The notes under the pieces are model-generated. The model saw only the letters and a list, made by a program, of their open reading frames with translations. It made no database searches and had not been told where the DNA came from. From NCBI GenBank assembly GCA_951406725.2, contig OX597816.1, positions 130,262,001-130,326,000 of the forward strand: a DNA stretch of 64,000 nt, written 5' to 3'. Source of the DNA: Octopus vulgaris (lineage: Eukaryota). How positions within the stretch are numbered: the stretch's first letter is position 1; the number at the start of each line of letters is the position of its first letter. Position numbers and translations under genes: made by a program. Of this stretch, positions 50,316-62,143 are shown piece by piece.

Positions 50316-50812
50316 CAACCTCTTGTCACACTTCTGTATAATCGCAGATATATCTACATTGGTGAGATTAAGTTATCAGTAATATTTTTAATAAAAGCTT
50401 TTGTTCAGAATACTCATATTCCATTATAGAAGTTTCTAGAGAAAAGATACTATTGATTCCATTGATAGTGTGGGCAGATAACTGAGAAATGTATTTGTCC
50501 TAAATCTGAAATTACATTACCATACAGTTGAAATATAATACTCAAACTATAACAGAAAATATTTCATCACATCATATGTGATCGTGTATATATATATTCT
50601 AAATCTTATATGCATCCTTTCACATATGTATTAAATTTTCTTGTTAAGTTTACATTTTATATCCTATCTTGAAAAGGATTTAGTTGTTTGTAATTTCTTT
50701 TATAGCATGAATCAACTGTAATTTGATGGTTAAGCTGTATGTAAAATTGCATGTATCAATGTCATCATCAACTTTTATTTGTACAAGGTATAAAATTCCA
50801 TATATATATATG

Positions 50813-50958
50813 CAGCACGGAATTTTGTCAGTGAACAGTTCGTGGTCTCAAAGCAACGAAAATATTTTGACAAATTAAATTTAAATGTTGAAGTGAATCT
50901 AACGGTTTTTGTGTGTTTCTTAAATGGCTTATAAACACCTTCCATGCTGCAATTGTTT
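50813..50958 (+). mobile_element. Single copy of the putative PLE terminal repeat seen at 6092-6416
   Basis: Direct sequence match to 6275-6416. Confidence 0.8.
50824..50874 (+). ncRNA. Candidate type I hammerhead-like motif with G3-C8 core
   Basis: TTTGTCA-GTGAACA-GTT(C)GT-GGTCTCAAA-GCAAC-GAAA-ATAT-TT-TGACAAA; perfect 7-bp stem I. Confidence 0.5.
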
Positions 50959-50960
50959 AT

Positions 50961-51103
50961 ATCATCATCATCATTTAACGTCCGCTTTCCGTGCTAGCAC
51001 GGGTTGGACGGTTCGACCAGGGGCTGCACCAGGCTCCAGTCTGATCTGGCAGTGTTTCTACAGCTGGATGCCCTTCCTAACGCCAACCACTCCGTGAGTG
51101 TAG
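50961..51103 (-). mobile_element. RTE-type 3' tail fragment
   Basis: (CAT)n TTAACGTCCGCTTTCCGTGCTAGCACGGG... is the reverse complement of the RTE tail. Confidence 0.85.
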
Positions 51104-51119
51104 CATATATATATATAAT

Positions 51120-51260
51120 GAGGTTCTTTTCAGTTTCTCTCTGTAAAATCCACTAGTAAAAACTTTTTTGTTGGCTTGAGGCTATAGTTACCATGCAGTG
51201 GGGCTGCACCCGGAACCATGTGGTTGGGAAGCAAACATCTTACCATACAGCCACACCTGT
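51120..51260 (-). mobile_element. tRNA-derived SINE 5' half
   Basis: Matches 39960-40115. Confidence 0.75.
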
Positions 51261-51942
51261 ATAAATTTTGACTGCAAAAATATCCAGATGTATTTTAATG
51301 CTAGAAATCTTCAGTCACTATGTTGGTGACTTTTTTTGGACACTGTCACTCTTATCTGCAACACTCACTTTTGTTGTTGACATAGCTACATACAATTGTC
51401 TATGTGGAAATAGATCAATTGTTGGGGAATTGAACTATTTTATTCAGTAACCAATATTGCGATGTAGTGAGTGTCTTTGCAAATGGAAGCTATAATCTGC
51501 AAAAGTTAAAAGCAGAGTTGTGTCAGGTCTCATCTGAAAACAAACAATTATACGAGCCTTTTGTTTATAGACATGAAAAGTTAAAATTTTCACTAATGCC
51601 ACATCAAGACAAATTTGAAATTTTATTCTTAACCATCCAATTTATTGTGAAATTTCTTGAGAAGTATTAATTCTGATTACTCCAAAAGTAACAGTGATAG
51701 TTTGAGCTTTAGTAGCTGCATCTGTTAGACCCCAAAAATTTCAACTTAAATGTGAAAAATTCCATAATTTCTACCATGTACAGGCATGTCAGAAATATTT
51801 ACTTTTGTCCATTTTTCATCCAATTCAATAATTATCAAATACCTTGAGAAACATTCAAACCGTTTTATTCCAACAAACTCAGATATTTCATTAATAGGTT
51901 CTACATTTGTTAGATTTGAACGTGAGGAGTTAAAATTTTCAC

Positions 51943-53175
51943 TAAGTAAGAAGTTTGCTTCCTAATCATATGATTCTAGGTTCAGTCCCTCTGCATGGTA
52001 CCTTGGACAAGTGTCTTCTACTTTAGCCTCAGGCTGTCCAAAGCCTTGTGAATGGATTTGGTAGATGGAAGCTGAAAGAAGTCCATCGTGTATATATGTG
52101 TATGTATATATATATATATATATATTTTAAGGCGGGACAAGTAAGTCCAACCCACTTATGCATGTCTTTCCTCCCTTGGACACACAAAGACCTGTTGAGG
52201 CAAGCGAAGTCGAAATCGAACCTCATCCGACGACAGGCACCCATGCCAACCTCCCTTCATTGGACACTAAACTCTGCTTGCGAAGACCTGTTGGGGCAAG
52301 TGAAATCGAAATCGGAATCAAAATTGAACCAATCCTATGACTGGCACCCGGCAGTTGCCAGGACCGCTGGACTGACTCCTGTGCAGGTGGCAAGTGAAGA
52401 AACACCATTTCATCCCTGTGCTTGAGGAGATCCATTGAGTCAAGTACACCGACATCAAAATCAATGGAAACTGCAGTTGTGATCCCTGAGCCGGTGGCAC
52501 GTAAACAGCACCATCTGAAGGTGGCCGATGCCAGCGCCGCCTAGACTGGCTTCCGTGCCAGTGGCACATAAAAAGCGCTATCCGAATCGTGGCCAATGCC
52601 AGTGTCTCCTTGACTGGCTTCCGTGCCGGTGGCACGTAAAAAGCACCATCCGAATCGTGGCCGATGACAGTGCCGCTTTGACTGGCTTCCGTGCCGGTGG
52701 CACGTAAAATGCACCAATCTGACCGTGGTCATTGCCAGCCTCGCCTGGCATCTGTGCAGGTGGCACGTAAAAAGCACCCACTACACTCACGGAGTGGTTG
52801 GCGTTAGGAAGGGTATCCAGCTGTAGAAACACTGCCAGATCAGACTGGAGCCTGGTGCTGCCTTCTGGCTTTCTAGATCCCAGGTCGAACCGTCCAACCC
52901 ATGCTAGCATGGAGAACAGACGTTAAATGATGATGATGATGATAATATTTATGTGTGTGTCCTTTTGTGCCTGTGTTTGTCCTCCCACCATCACTCGACA
53001 ACTGATGTTGGTGTGTTTACATCTCTGTAACTTAGCAGTTCAGATAACGTGACTGATAGAATAAGTACTAGGCTTACAAAGAATAAGTCCTGGGTTGATT
53101 TCTTCGACTAAAAGACCCTTAAAGGTTGGGCTCCAGCATGGCTGCAGTCAAATGACTGAAACAAGTGAAAGAATA
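51943..53175 (+). mobile_element. tRNA-derived SINE split by a nested RTE insertion
   Basis: 5' half at 51943-~52125 and 3' half at ~52950-53175 join colinearly when compared with the 39741-40118 copy. Confidence 0.85.
52130..52943 (+). mobile_element. 5'-truncated RTE-type 3' UTR nested in the SINE's (TA)n tract
   Basis: Several ~70-bp subrepeats and the CCATGCTAGCATGG...TTAA(ATG)n tail. Confidence 0.87.
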
Positions 53176-53543
53176 TCATACTTAATAGAAACCTGAAATT
53201 TTATCTCATTATAATTTAGTTTCAATTTTGTTCAAAAGTACTGACTTAATAGATTCCAACTAAATTACCCAATTTGCAGCCACTTCTTACTCAGACATTT
53301 GGGAGCCATCACTGAGTATAATTACAAACAGTAGACAAAAATATTGGCCATCATAGTCCATAGCACTTCATAAACACCACATGGTGTGATGCTTTCTCCA
53401 GAATAGTTTGAAAGCTTCAGTGTTGTGAGTTTGAATTTAGTTTCTCAGGTTCATTCCACAGGCTGGCAAATGTAGTGTAGCTGATCAATAAAAAGCTGCT
53501 CCTGTGTCAACTTCCATTTCAATATAGTAGCTCACTCATATCA

Positions 53544-53772
53544 TTAACCCTTATAGCATTTAAACTGGCCATATCTGGCTCAGATATTCTACCTGTTTTA
53601 TGTTAAAACTAGCCAGATCCAGCCTCTCACACCTACCCCACAATATAATTCTAAAAGTAAGCAATCATATCATCAAAATCTCAAAACTATGACATAATTT
53701 ATGATTAATTCTAGACAATGTGAATAAATAAGCATTACATTTGACAGAGTAATCTGAATGCTAAAGGGTTAA
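53544..53772 (+). mobile_element. piggyBac-like MITE (TTAA TSD)
   Basis: TTAA-CCCTTATAGCATT ... AATGCTAAAGGG-TTAA. Confidence 0.85.
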
Positions 53773-54662
53773 GGTATATGTTTGACAATATCCTTTGAGG
53801 GTCAACAATTTATCTTGAATAAGAGTTCAAGCAAAAACTTATTCTTATTGCAAACAGTAATAAGAGTTGCGGTTTGCAACTGATTTGGTTTGATTCGCTC
53901 ATCTCCACTGCCAACTTTGTGAGTTCAACCAATGATTTTGATGACAAAACGATTAAATTAACTCAAATATAATATCAGTTAGTTTTTACAGAGTTCTTTG
54001 TTAAATTTACTATTAGATTTTTATGAAACAATGTTGATATGTATAATTAAAAGGGTAAAAAATGTTTATTCAATCTAAAATAGAATATGTAATTTTGAAC
54101 AATTTTGTATTTGTTTTTCAAAATAGTAATTTAAGTTAAATTACTAAATCATGCTAAAATAAAACAAGAGAATAAGTAATGATATTCTTAATTTCATGAA
54201 TGAAAAGAAAATAAAATTTACAAAAACAAAAATATAAATATTGGGTAACATTTGGAAAAAAGAATTTTTTTTTAAAAAACAAGTGATAATTATTTAAAAA
54301 AGTGTGTAAAATGACAGCCATTTAAAACTGAAACACAAGAATATCACAATTAAGATGAAATCTTGATCATTTCCAGAAGTTATAGGCCATGTCTTGAGAA
54401 ATTTGAGATCAAATGTCTGATTTCTTTCAAATACAAACAATATAATCAACTATGGAAAAAAAAAAAATCCCTTGAAGGCAGTACCCCAGTTTGCTTGCAA
54501 CCAAATGACTGAAACCAGTAAAAGAATATATATATATATGTATATATATAGTTGAAATTTATAGAAAAACAAAAGATGAAGACAGGTGTATGAACAACAT
54601 GCAAGTGTAATAGTTTGACGCCTGGGGAAAATGAAAAAGTCTTTTACATTTTGAGCCGATGC

Positions 54663-54705
<43 letters not shown>

Positions 54706-54745
54706 ATATGTGTGTGTGCACGTGCGTATATTGTGGGTGGGTGGG

Positions 54746-55045
54746 GGCACATGGCTTAGTGGTTAGGGTGTTGCACTCATGATTGCTAGATCGTTGTTTC
54801 AATTCCTAGACCAAATGATGCAAGGTGTTCTTGAGTAAAATACTTCATCTCATGTTGCTCTGTAATCACTTTGACACCTGATGCATGGTACACTATGCAC
54901 CTGTTCAGACAACATTGATCAGATGGAGAGAGGAGGTAATGGATAATGTGCAGCATGAACATTTGATCACTATAAGCAAACCATTTGTGCAGGTTGTTCA
55001 GCAAGAGCTGAACACTCATATGTTGTCTTCAATGGGAGAGTTCAT
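54746..55045 (+). mobile_element. tRNA-derived SINE
   Basis: A-box TGGCTTAGTGG, B-box-like GTTTCAATTCC, then GTGTTCTTGAGTAAAATACTTCAT; flanked by TA/CA tracts. Confidence 0.65.
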
Positions 55046-55064
55046 CATATATATATACATACAT

Positions 55065-55124
<60 letters not shown>

Positions 55125-55706
55125 TGTGTGTGCATGCATGCTTTGTATTTCTTTATTAATATTAAATCTTAACATATAAACAAGATCTATTATTTACAGG
55201 TGAAAGGAACGAGGATGTTGTTGTGTTTATGTTTCCTCAATGTTATTAGAGGTGTAAGTGAAATTGTTACAAAAACCAACACAGCTGGCCTCACAGGGCA
55301 CTTATTTTTCATCATCTTCTCTTGCCTGTGTATTTAACATGAATGAGAGAATGTACATAAAAAAAATAAATACAGGCACAAGGAGAAAGAGAAACCAGAG
55401 AACTATGATAGACAGGATGAGTCCGTAAATATGAAATTGTAGCATATATGAATCATTGCAGCAATGCAATAACTTTAATATGTGCATATTATTAGCAAGT
55501 CAGAGGAGGAGATAGGATGAATGAGGTAAAAACAATGTGTCATACCTAACAAAATACATTGCTGAATAAAAGTTTCAACAAAAGGTTTTGTAGGTCCAAC
55601 ATTTTTAAGCATTCATAACAAATGTGTTTTTGTTTTACTCTTACCACACATGTACTAATCACACATATTTATACTTATATGCATACACAATACACATACA
55701 TACTTA

Positions 55707-55849
55707 CAGTTGTGGCCAAAAGTTTGGAACATAGGTCTGTAAATTAGAATTTTTATATTAAATACTCCAAGTTATATTTAGTTGGAGTATATATTGGGCA
55801 TAAGAATTTTAATTTTGAAAAAAACATAGCAAACTTTTGGCTATGGCTG
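55707..55849. mobile_element. Tc1/mariner-like MITE (~143 bp)
   Basis: TA-CAGTTGTGGCCAAAAGTTTG ... CAAACTTTTGGCTATGGCTG; imperfect 20-bp TIRs. Confidence 0.6.
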
Positions 55850-56323
55850 AATATACTCACAATATCTATACACATACATACATACATAAAGCTTATATAC
55901 CACATGTCTGTATAAAACACTTTAATGTTTACACAATCTACATCACATACACACACATAAGCTTACATGCACAAACACTCTTATGTACATATACACACAT
56001 ATATTTATCTATTTACATGCATACACAATAGGGAGAAAAGTTTAGTTATTCAGATAGATTTTTGTTTTCTTTTTTCAAGTCAAGTATTTTTAATTTTCTG
56101 TCCAAAAGTTCTATTTCATTCACACATACATGTAAATAAACACACATATGCTTAGATTCCAGTAAAACATCACTTTAATTGTCCTTACACAAATTATTTT
56201 GTTGAGTAAACTGATTGTCAACAGCTTTGTCAAGAGCTTCCAGATACACTTCCAATGTTGATGATGAAACCTAAAACATGAACAAAATATGTAGATTAAA
56301 TTAGTGAAAAAAAATTTCATTCT

Positions 56324-56534
56324 TTAACCTTTTAGCATTCAAACTGGCTGTATCCAGCCAAAGTAATCTATCTGTTTTATCTTCAAACTGGCCACATCTG
56401 GCCTCTCACAATTATTCTACAATATTATTCTAAAAGTAAACAATCACATCATTAAAATCTCAAAGTTATAAGGTAATGCATGATTAATTCAAAGCATTGT
56501 AACTGTCAGAATAATCTGAATGCTAAAGAGTTAA
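56324..56534 (+). mobile_element. piggyBac-like MITE (TTAA TSD)
   Basis: TTAA-CCTTTTAGCATT ... AATGCTAAAGAG-TTAA; interior homologous to 53544-53772. Confidence 0.82.
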
Positions 56535-56841
56535 AGTATATTTATTTTTTAAAGTACCTGCCAGTTATTTCCAACATCAGTAACTGAACATCATTGTTTT
56601 TCTATATATCATTGGTGATGGAATTTGGCTGGCATGCGGTGTATGAATGCTTGCTACTGATGAAGAGCAGGTACACTGAAATCAGGTGATCTAGTGGTTC
56701 TGTCACACAAGATTATCATATGCTAACAATATGTATGTGCTTTTAGCACTGTATGTCTATATGACAGAATCTCTCAAGGCAAATATCACAATAATATGAC
56801 ATTCTAACATCTATGTTCAGTAGGACATAAAGCTTGCCATT

Positions 56842-56895
56842 AACCCATGCTAGCATGGAAAGCGGACGTTAACCGATGATGATGATGATGATGAT
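56842..56895 (+). mobile_element. Extremely truncated RTE tail
   Basis: AACCCATGCTAGCATGGAAAGCGGACGTTAACC(GAT)n only. Confidence 0.8.
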
Positions 56896-57331
56896 TGCTT
56901 CCATCACTAATACTCATTTTTTAAAGTATGGTTTGAAATAGCTAATTAATAAATATGACACCATTTTGTATACAATTACTCTGATTACCTTTTTTATAAC
57001 TGGACAGTTTAGAATTGTGTTTCATATGTCTCTGTAGAATAAGCTCTATTAAGGGAGCTACTAATTGACCAAGGTATACTCAGTTCAATTCATTATACCA
57101 TATAGTCCTTATAATCAAGTGTGATAATTAGTAGATTTGGATTAACAGGAAATAAAAGAACTGCATAACATTGAGCAGATGGTGAAAAAAATGTAGCCAT
57201 GCTACACATGATGAGAAAATTAAAACACTTTCTCTAAATGTCTCAATATAATCAAATATGGTTTTAAAAGGCTGGACACTGTATTTGCCCCCCAAATTTC
57301 ATCAATTACTATTTCTATTGGAACCATAGCT

Positions 57332-57435
57332 GCAGGCATGGCTGTATAATTAAGAAATTTGCTTTGTGACCACATGGTTCTGGGTTCAATATCATTGCAG
57401 GACACCTTGGAAAAATGTTTTCTACAATAGCCTTG
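57332..57435 (+). mobile_element. tRNA-derived SINE head
   Basis: GCAGGCATGGCTGTATAATTAAG...GGTTCTGGGTTCAAT...CACCTTGG matches the other copies. Confidence 0.65.
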
Positions 57436-58917
57436 ATATCTTATGAAGGAAGCTGCACAAAAGCTTGCTGCTATAAATCACCACCATCATCATTATTTTA
57501 TGCCTGCTTTTCCATGCTGACATAAGTTGGATGCTTTTGGGAGTTTTTCATTCTTTGAAGCAGTTGGATGGTCTTTGTGTTGCCAACCCTTTTATTTGCC
57601 TCTGATGAAATGCAAGAAGACACACACACACACAACCAGGTTGATGTGTCTGTCAGAATTCCTATATTCCACAGAAATGAAATGTGAGAATTACAAGCAG
57701 AACTGCAGTCATGATTGTAGAGGATTTATCTCAGCATAATTTGTTGGATGTGCAATGTGAACTTGACTAAAATGTTGAGTACAAGACAGTAATATTATAT
57801 CATTTCTTTAAACTAAGATACTGGCTGCTTCCTGGAAGGAAGATGATTGTTCTTGATCAATGGATCAAGTAAATAAATAGATGACACATGATGAGTAAAG
57901 AGGATATGGTGGTGATCATGATAGTGGAAGTTATAGTTAAGATGAAGATAGTGAAGATCCATTAACATTAGGCTGGATAGCATGCAATGTTCGCAAGTCA
58001 CTTTGTGCTGCTCCAAAAACTGGGCCTATTGCTTCTCCTTCAGAGCAGGCATAGCAAACCAAAGGGTTGAGCTAAAATGCCTCTCCCATTTTATGCTTGA
58101 TTATATAGCAAGCTGTGCATGTGCTCCTGCCTTCATTCTGCATGATGATGGTAGTGGGGGGGATTATATGAAAAGTCACCCACTGCTACCAGTCAGTAAT
58201 GAGCATCAATAATCAACCTGACCTGTCTAGAAACACAGACTGAGGAGTCCCAGTCAACTGCATATCTTTGAGAGCGGTTTGACTGCAAACTCCGATGGAG
58301 TGGTTTCAGTTACAAACTCAGTGAAAGTGAGAATGTGATATACCAATACATAGGAGCTTGCAGTATCACAAAGCATGGGTCCTGGGCCACAATAATATGG
58401 TGATGGAGACAGCAAATATTTTCAAACATTTCAATTAATGTTACAGCAAAACAAGATAATGGTACAACAGAATATGGCTTAAAAATTAATTCAATTCTTC
58501 ATGTTAAGCATATATAATGTAATATTTTGTTAAAACAGAATTTAGCTTATACTTAAATTGATCAAAGAAAATGCAATATACTTAAACATACCCTCAAATA
58601 CAGAGCATGAGCAATGAATGGCATTTTTCTTAATGTTCTCCCACTCAAGCCATAACTTTTCCTGTGAAAACAGATGTAAAAAAATTAATAAATACAATAT
58701 AAAAATACATGTTTAATATTCAAATTGTTTATCTACAGACACAAACATAGTTGTGTAGTTGAAAAATTTACTTTGAAAGGTTCAGACCAATTGCATACAG
58801 CAGGAGTAAGTATCCTCTACTATAGCCCTAGGCCAACTAATGCTTTGTGAAAGTATTTAATAAACATAAACTGAACTGTGTATATGGATATATATATATA
58901 TATATATATATTACATA

Positions 58918-59409
58918 GAAAAATGCGAGCATGAAAAGTGATATTCTTAAGATTATAAACCTGGAAAAGGACAGGACAAGTTATTACACGTGTAAAAGTA
59001 TAGGACAAGCTATTACTTCTAGTAAAGAATATGAAACTTTGTACTTAAAATATTGCAGCAAAGAATGCCAGTTCTTCTAATTTATCACTCTTTATAGTTA
59101 TCTTTTAAATTTATTATACAAAACTGTTCAGCTAATTTGTAAGTTTGTCTAATTAGTCACTTTTTTCTGTATTTAAGATAGTAAATTAGCCAAATTCTAA
59201 TTAAATAAGTATAATTTGTAAACTATAATAAAATAAGTTTTAATATTCAAATTTGAATTTTAGGTGCAATATTTTAGGTAAAAAGTTTCTTAATCTTTAC
59301 TTTACTAGAAGTAATAGCTTGTCCTATACTTTTTACAGGTGTAATAACTTGTCTTGTACTTTTCCAGGTTTATAATCTTAAGAATATTACTTTGCATGCT
59401 CGCATTTTC
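58918..59409. mobile_element. Foldback/MITE-like element with ~140-bp inverted arms
   Basis: 58918-59057 and 59265-59409 are reverse complements (AAAATGCGAGCATG...AAAATATTGCA). Confidence 0.8.
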
Positions 59410-59884
59410 CCATCTACCTATCTTCAGTGAATATCACAGATGAAGCATGCATAAAAAAATACTTTCATACAAAAATACAAACCAAGACATAACAAACTTT
59501 AACAGAGTACATACACAAATAACTATTCACACAGAAACTAATTCTGCCACTTCACACTGAAACAAAAATATTACCTAGACGTTTAACAAACTGAGAAACA
59601 AAAATAATATCAAGTGAGTAAATAGAATATAGAAAATGAAATCTCTTATCTGCATGCCTTAAATACACAGGCTAACATACAAAAAAAAAACTGCTCTAAC
59701 ATACAAAAAATATTCTGGTTATTTCATTAGTCTTCTTTTTCTTTCTTTTTTTATTATTTATTTAAGATTAGATTACAGCTGAAATAGCCTGCAGTCCTAA
59801 AAGTAGAAAATTCCACATGCTAAGAAAATTCAATAAATTCAAATGTAGTAAATTTAGTAAAATCATTGCTGTTAATAAACTCAC

Positions 59885-59997
59885 TGTGAAATGGTTAACA
59901 ATTGAAGACTAAGCTTTGTGGCATCGTTATCAGCATAACCAGTAATTTCTAAAACTCGAATATCAAGCATTTGCTGAACAGGTGAAATTATGCCCGT
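59885..59997 (-). CDS. Candidate internal coding exon (113 nt) of an unidentified gene
   Basis: TTGTTTTTAATTACAG| acceptor, stop-free TGIISPVQQMLDIRVLEITGYADNDATKLSLQLLTIS, |GTGAGT donor. Confidence 0.5.
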
Positions 59998-60404
59998 CTG
60001 TAATTAAAAACAAGATTTTAAAATATAACAAAACTATAACCTGTACATATTTTTGACAAAATTATTTCAGAAAAAAAAAACACATTCAATATGTTTTTCT
60101 TAATAAAAGGAGTTAAAAATGGAGTATTTGAGTAAGAATGAATAGTCCTTTAAACAACATTTCCAAAATGAAACTGATTTCAAAGATTAGAAACTAATCT
60201 AATTATTGACACAAAATATGAATTAATTGGAAGCAAATAAATTGAATAAATACACTGGTTACTATCAATTTGAGATTAGAAGCAAATAGCATAAATTCTA
60301 TAGGCTACAAGGTTTTAGTTGGTTTTTCTTTTCCATTGGTTTAGTCAGGAAGAAGAGACTATACTCACAACCATCAGAAGTCATCTGGTACTAGTGAGAA
60401 TGAC

Positions 60405-60800
60405 ATAGTTTAAGTTGCTCTTAAACAGATTCAAGTTGATGGAAGGACAAGAGTAAGGAGGGAATTCCAGAGACCTAAAATTCTAGTGAGGAAGGATTGG
60501 AGGGAGCAGTGATTATAGTGGGAGTAGGTGGGTTAGGGCCTTACCTGTACAACAGAGGTAAGGCCTGAGTGGAGGTGGGATGAGAGCAGTAAAAGAACAG
60601 AATAGAGACAGAATGCCTGTGAACTAGAAATAGGAGTAGGAATTATAATGCAGTCATTGGTATGACAATGATCTGAGATTGCCAAAAGAGATCTTCAGTG
60701 ATAATGAATTACAGTAATTTACAATAGCTATGAAGTTATAGCGGCATGGAGAGGTGAGGGGGGGTGCAACACTGTTTTCTTTGTGCCTGTAGTGTTTATA
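60405..60800 (-). mobile_element. Old L2/CR1-group ORF2 C-terminal remnant
   Basis: Minus strand reads roughly SFLTRILGLWNSL...NLNLFKSNL, similar to the SFF..R....WNSLP...FK ending of this LINE group. Confidence 0.4.
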
Positions 60801-60829
60801 GCCTCTTACAAATTTTTCAACAAAGCGCC

Positions 60830-62143
60830 TTAGAGTTAATCTAGCAAAAACCTAAGTCTTAGTAAATAGGAGAATAGACAAATTACAAGTCCCTTCAGGT
60901 AGATGGCCCTGCTTGATCTGTAGAAAAGACATAGGTAGTAACTCTGTAAGATGTACCTAGTGTAAGCTATAGACACATAAGAGGTGCAGCAATATCAGAG
61001 GACGGTTAACAGGGAAAATAGTTTTTGTGTGTGGAAGGTGCACAGGTACAATTAACACAAAGAATGTACAGAAAATAGACTCCATCAAATGCCAGGGGGG
61101 AAAAACTAGAAGTAGGTGACCAAGTCAGTAGCGGAGGTGGATGCTCCAAGAGTGTAGCTGTGAGAATAACAATAGGTTGGGCAAAGATCAGAGAGCTCCT
61201 ACCCCTGTTGGTAACAAAGAGCTTCTCAGATTGTATGATGCCTGTGTGCGAACAGCCACGCTACACAACAATAAAACATGGGCTGTGGCCACTGAGGAGA
61301 TGCGAAGGCTTGAAAAGAATGAAGCTAATATGCTTTGCTGGATGTGCAATGTCAGTGTGCATGTACTAGAACAGAGAGTAAGCATCCTGAGAGAAAAGTT
61401 GGGCATAAGAGGCATCAGATGTGGTGCGCAAGAGAGACAACTGCACTGGGATGGCCATGTAATGTATATAGAAGATGACAGCTGTGTGAAGAAGTAACAA
61501 TTTCTGATTGTGGAGGGAACCTGTGGAAGTGGTAGAGTCAGGAAGACATGGGATGTAGTGATGAAGCATGAATGTTGCTTCTTTGAATGTTGGGCTTCGT
61601 GGAAGCAATGACAAGTAACCAAGACCTTTGACAATATGCCATGCTTCAGAAAACCCATCAAACCGAATGAAATCACAAACATGGCTCGTGCCAGTGGCAT
61701 GTAGAAAGCACTCTTCAGATGTTAGGCGATATGCTGTATTTGAGAAGACTTGTCAAGCCAAGTGAAATCATAGTAGTGGCCAATGTGAGTGTTGCATATC
61801 TTGAACTTGTGCTGGTGGCATGTAAAAATCACCCGTTGAACTTTGGGCCTCACGGATGCAGTGACAAGTGACCGAGACCTTTGGCAATATACCGTGCTTG
61901 AGAAGACTTGTCAAGCCAAGTGAGATCGTAATTGTGGCTGATACCGGTGTTTTTTAACTGGTACCTGTGCCAGTAGCACGTAAAAATCACTCACTATACT
62001 CTTGGAGTGATTGATGTTAGGAAGGGCATCCATGTAGATATCATACCAAATCAGATTGAAACCTGGTGCAGCTTACCAGTTTTCAGTCAAACTGTCCAAC
62101 CCATGCCAGCATGGAAAACGGACGTTAAATGAAGATGATGATG
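60830..62143 (+). mobile_element. 5'-truncated RTE-type LINE: ORF2 C-terminus (with PHD-like finger), 3' UTR and (ATG)n tail
   Basis: IGWAKIRELLPLL, LYDACVRTATLH..KTWAV, LEKNEANMLCWMC, LHWDGHV, GRVRKTW. Tail CCATGCCAGCATGGAAAACGGACGTTAAATGAAGATGATGATG. Confidence 0.88.

Noticed and set aside
54551-54668. Short repeat-like block between TA tracts, possibly another PLE terminus
   Set aside because: No intact hammerhead core and no second copy in the window.
55200-55487. 54-nt plus-strand exon-like segment and a 61-aa hydrophobic minus-strand ORF
   Set aside because: Too short, no homology recognised, and compatible with chance in AT-rich DNA.
57830-58420. Possible piggyBac transposase remnant (MLCDTASSYVL on the minus strand)
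   Set aside because: A single short motif with no supporting catalytic region or termini.
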